From positions 1-38,900 of IMG/VR virus record IMGVR_UViG_3300006879_001214: 38,900 nucleotides of DNA; one strand, written 5' to 3'. Source of the DNA: a virus. Its lineage: Duplodnaviria; Caudoviricetes. The translations under genes were made by a program, and so were the position numbers. Below the pieces are notes generated by a model. It had not been told where the DNA came from. It saw only the letters and a program-made list of their open reading frames with translations, and made no database searches. Of the stretch, positions 35,854 through 38,900 are shown piece after piece (the stretch's first letter is position 1; each line of letters opens with the position of its first letter).

Positions 35854-37083
35854 ATGGTTAAAATTGCAATAGACGCTGGACATGGTGGTTTCGGGGTAAC
35901 GCCGGGCAAAAGAACGCCAGCAGGAGAATACGAATGGGATTTCAACAATAAGGTTGCTATTGCAGCAATCAATCGTTTGAAACAATACAAAGGCGTGCAG
36001 ATTCTTCGACTGGACGATCCAAGTGGAAAAACAGACATCTCTTTAACAACTCGCACAAATAAAGCGAATAACTGGGGCGCAGATATCCTTGTCTCTTTTC
36101 ACCATAATGCTAACACAGGTGTGTGGGGTAGTTGGACAGGAACTGAGACGTACACGTACAATGGATCGCACCCTAAAGCAGAGAAATTAGCGCGCGCCGT
36201 CCAGAATAACGTATTGAAAGCATATGGACTGCGAGACAGAGGGTTGAAGAAGGCTAACTTCCACATGCTGAGAGAGTCGGGAATGCCAGCTATTTTAGTA
36301 GAGGGTGGCTACATGGATTCAAATATTGACATCAAAAAGCTGCGCAATAACAAAGTGCTTGAGAATGCTGGGCATAAAGCTGCTGATGGTATGGTTGAAT
36401 ACTTTGGATTGAAGAAAGGGTCTTCTAGTTACACTCCGCCTAAGTCTACACCTTCTAAACCTTCACAGAACACCTCTAAACCTTCTACAGGTGGCAGTAT
36501 AGTTGACTGGATGAAATCTAAGGGTATGAATTCAAGCTACTCTAATCGTGTTAAATTGGCTAAACAGTATGGCATTAAAGGCTACTCTGGAAGTCCAAAG
36601 GATAATACAACCTTATTAGCTAAACTAAAAGCAGGTAAGCCATCTACAGGCTCATCTGCAAGTGGAAGCCTAAAATCTAAGGTTAATGGTTTACGATTTT
36701 ATAATAAGCCTTCATGGTCAGATAAGGATGTTGTGGGCACAGTCAATAAAGGTATTGGATTCCCGACAATCGTTAAGAAAATGAAGGTAGGAAATGGACA
36801 TCAATATCAGGTTAAGAATTCTAAAGGCGCTATATATTACATCACAGCTTCATCTAAGTATGTTACAACTAGCGGTAAATCATCATCTAAGCCAAAGCCG
36901 AAAGCTCCATCGTATAAAGTTGGCAGCAAAGTAAAGATTAAATCAACTGCCAAAAAATATACAACAGGTGAGAATATACCTGCAAGGTTTAAAGGTAAGA
37001 GTTATACAATTCAACAGGTAAAAGGGAATCAGATATTGCTGAAAGAATTATACAGCTGGGCTTATAAGAAGGATTTAAAATAA
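35854..37083 (+). CDS. Endolysin, N-acetylmuramoyl-L-alanine amidase (Amidase_3) with cell-wall binding domains
   Basis: IDAGHGG, SFHHNA, PAILVEGGYMD; SIVDWMK...YSG module and SH3-like C-terminus. Confidence 0.93.
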   Translation: MVKIAIDAGHGGFGVTPGKRTPAGEYEWDFNNKVAIAAINRLKQYKGVQILRLDDPSGKTDISLTTRTNKANNWGADILVSFHHNANTGVWGSWTGTETYTYNGSHPKAEKLARAVQNNVLKAYGLRDRGLKKANFHMLRESGMPAILVEGGYMDSNIDIKKLRNNKVLENAGHKAADGMVEYFGLKKGSSSYTPPKSTPSKPSQNTSKPSTGGSIVDWMKSKGMNSSYSNRVKLAKQYGIKGYSGSPKDNTTLLAKLKAGKPSTGSSASGSLKSKVNGLRFYNKPSWSDKDVVGTVNKGIGFPTIVKKMKVGNGHQYQVKNSKGAIYYITASSKYVTTSGKSSSKPKPKAPSYKVGSKVKIKSTAKKYTTGENIPARFKGKSYTIQQVKGNQILLKELYSWAYKKDLK

Positions 37084-37087
37084 CATT

Positions 37088-37128
37088 AAAGGGTACACAT
37101 TCATTAAGTTGGGTGTGTACCCTTTTTT
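37088..37128 (+). terminator. Intrinsic terminator after endolysin
   Basis: AAAGGGTACACATTCA...TGGGTGTGTACCCTTTTTT. Confidence 0.85.
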
Positions 37129-37163
37129 GCGTTTAGACATGTTATTTTGTTTAAATATTCCAC

Positions 37164-37206
37164 TTGAAAGAAAGCAAATCTCCCTATATAATAAGAACAA
37201 ACGTTT
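37164..37206 (+). promoter_or_regulatory. SigA promoter with LexA/SOS box
   Basis: TTGAAA-17-TATAAT (37164-37192); GAAC-AAAC-GTTT (37195-37206) resembles Firmicutes GAAC-N4-GTTC. Confidence 0.75.
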
Positions 37207-37224
37207 CGTGAGGAGTTTGATATT

Positions 37225-37545
37225 ATGAATGTAAATGACAGAGGTACAAAGAAATGGTCATCGATCATGTTACCTGAACATGTAGACGCATTAAAGCAGG
37301 TATTTGCAGAACAAGAATATAAGGAAAAGCCAATACTGGATGATCAGCAGAAGGTTGAAATTGATTTAAAGCTGCAGATTGCAATACAAAATGATCTACC
37401 AATAGAGGTTGAGTATTTTAAAGATCATGATTTCCACAAGATCAAGGATAAAGTATTGACTATCGATTCATTGAATAGATATTTAAGACTAGAAAAAATT
37501 GATAAGTTGCATTTAAATGATATAATAGATGTACAAATATTATGA
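37225..37545 (+). CDS. yolD: YolD-like protein
   Basis: DRGTKKW..IMLPEH...KPILD signature; SOS box upstream. Confidence 0.88.
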   Translation: MNVNDRGTKKWSSIMLPEHVDALKQVFAEQEYKEKPILDDQQKVEIDLKLQIAIQNDLPIEVEYFKDHDFHKIKDKVLTIDSLNRYLRLEKIDKLHLNDIIDVQIL

Positions 37546-37566
37546 TATTTAAATGGAGTTGATCAA

Positions 37567-37791
37567 ATGGAATGGACACTACCTCCGCAATCAGCTAATG
37601 GACAATATAAGTTAGTTGCGACTGATAAAATAAATAGTGAAATCTATTTAGTCTTAATTGGTGATAATATAGGCGCAGTTAAGTGTAGTCTTGATACTAT
37701 CCAAGATCATTCATGTGAGAAATTGCAGGAATACATTTCATCCTTATTACCTGAAATAAAAACTGGATTATATAATCCTTCATTAAATTAG
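37567..37791 (+). CDS. Hypothetical protein
   Basis: 74 aa, RBS GGAG; terminator 37791-37825 follows. Confidence 0.55.
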   Translation: MEWTLPPQSANGQYKLVATDKINSEIYLVLIGDNIGAVKCSLDTIQDHSCEKLQEYISSLLPEIKTGLYNPSLN

Positions 37792-37982
37792 GCTAGTATT
37801 ATCAATCGGTAATACTAGTCTTTTTATGTCCATTATCTCTACTAAGCATAGATCAACAATCCTAAGACATAGTTACTTCAGACTACATTATATTACATTA
37901 GGATAATTCTGATAAAATGAGCAAAATTTCCAGTGATGTGGTAAAATATACCTAATATAATTGAAGTTAGGGGCGATAATCT

Positions 37983-38900
37983 TTGAAAAAGTTTGTAGTA
38001 GTATTGGCATTATTAATGTTTATTTTAGTAGGTTGCAGTGTTAAATCAGAATCCTCATCAGACGAACAAAATGAAGAACCTTCCACTTCCGATGATGAGA
38101 AGTTTTTAGGTTGGATACAAGATTATTATAGTAAATCCGACTACAAGCGTATATTGAGAATAAAAGAACAGGAATATAATAAACTAGAAGACGAAGAAGT
38201 AATAGAGGAAGTACATGAATTAATTAATGATTCTGTTTTAAAAATTTTAAATGGTGAAGGTATCGGTGAATTTGAAAGTTTATTTTTTATTTTATACGAG
38301 CCAAATTCAAATCAAATAAAATACGATGATTTTCTGACAGATGAAGTTAGACAAAAAGTTATTGAAAAAGTAAATCCTATACATTCTGTTATTTTAGAGG
38401 AAGGCTTAGACGTGGAATTTTTAGAAGAATATAATGAAGATGTAAAAAGACTGGCATTAAAATCTGAAGCAATAACTTGGTTAGGTGATAATAATGTTAG
38501 TTATGATTTTATCCATGACACTTGTACAGGATTGTTGGTTATAAATGATGATAACACTATATTTGAATTTGAAAATTTGAAGATTAGGAGAATCTTTAAA
38601 TTAAAGGATGAGAATGGTAATGTAATAAATCCTTATGATCCTCTTGAAGAGGTTGCTTCCAAACTTTCTGAAATTAATAAGCAAGAAGCGAAAGAATCCC
38701 TAGATGAACTCAGAAAAGAACAAGAGGAAAGTAAAAAAATAAGGATTGGTATGTCAAAAGACGAAGTATTGAGTAGATGGGGAGAACCTAAAGACGTAAA
38801 TAAAACAATTACAGTAAACTATGTTAAAGAACAATGGGTTTATGCTGGTAATACATACTTGTATTTTGAAGATGGCATTTTAACAACAATACAAAACTAA
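37983..38900 (+). CDS. Lipoprotein with C-terminal SmpA/OmlA-like domain
   Basis: LVGC lipobox; IGMSKDEVLSRWGEP...EQWVY...YLYFEDG. Confidence 0.8.
   Translation: MKKFVVVLALLMFILVGCSVKSESSSDEQNEEPSTSDDEKFLGWIQDYYSKSDYKRILRIKEQEYNKLEDEEVIEEVHELINDSVLKILNGEGIGEFESLFFILYEPNSNQIKYDDFLTDEVRQKVIEKVNPIHSVILEEGLDVEFLEEYNEDVKRLALKSEAITWLGDNNVSYDFIHDTCTGLLVINDDNTIFEFENLKIRRIFKLKDENGNVINPYDPLEEVASKLSEINKQEAKESLDELRKEQEESKKIRIGMSKDEVLSRWGEPKDVNKTITVNYVKEQWVYAGNTYLYFEDGILTTIQN

Larger units (their letters stand above)
1..38900 (+). mobile_element. Temperate siphovirus prophage (HK97-type head, long non-contractile tail) encoding a YonO-like RNA polymerase
   Basis: Integrase, repressor, terminase, portal, protease, capsid, tail, tape measure, holin and amidase in canonical order; att sites not visible because window ends at gene boundaries. 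Confidence 0.95.

Noticed and set aside
36420-36495. CCTTCTAAACC-type repeats in endolysin
   Set aside because: Simply encode a Pro/Ser/Lys/Thr linker
1-38900. attL/attR, tRNA genes, IS elements, introns
   Set aside because: None recognisable; window ends at CDS boundaries so att sites probably lie outside

Overview
A near-complete temperate siphovirus prophage (~39 kb, low GC) from a Bacillaceae-like host; the window is trimmed from the integrase start to the last stop codon, so att sites are not visible. Order: XerC/D-like tyrosine integrase; a ~700-bp ORF-free, densely structured region; a divergent Cro/CI-type repressor switch with three operators; early genes (unannotated SinI-like peptide, lipoprotein, DUF3102/J-domain protein); an iteron-rich candidate origin plus an HTH protein; an 874-aa YonO-like single-subunit RNA polymerase; a second structured non-coding region; HNH; a membrane protein/Panacea (DUF4065) module; HK97-type packaging and head genes; tail genes with two programmed frameshifts; lysis genes; LexA-boxed yolD; and a lipoprotein. 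Best leads: (1) integrase followed by a ~550-nt candidate structured RNA whose 5' leader is overlapped by a ~97-nt antisense RNA with its own promoter, terminator and a ColE1 RNA I-like UUGGUAG loop; (2) the phage-encoded RNA polymerase in a small cos-type genome; (3) a candidate sRNA behind the polymerase displaying several C-rich anti-Shine-Dalgarno motifs complementary to early-gene RBSs. All product calls are by-eye motif recognition, not database searches; RNA structures were paired by hand.
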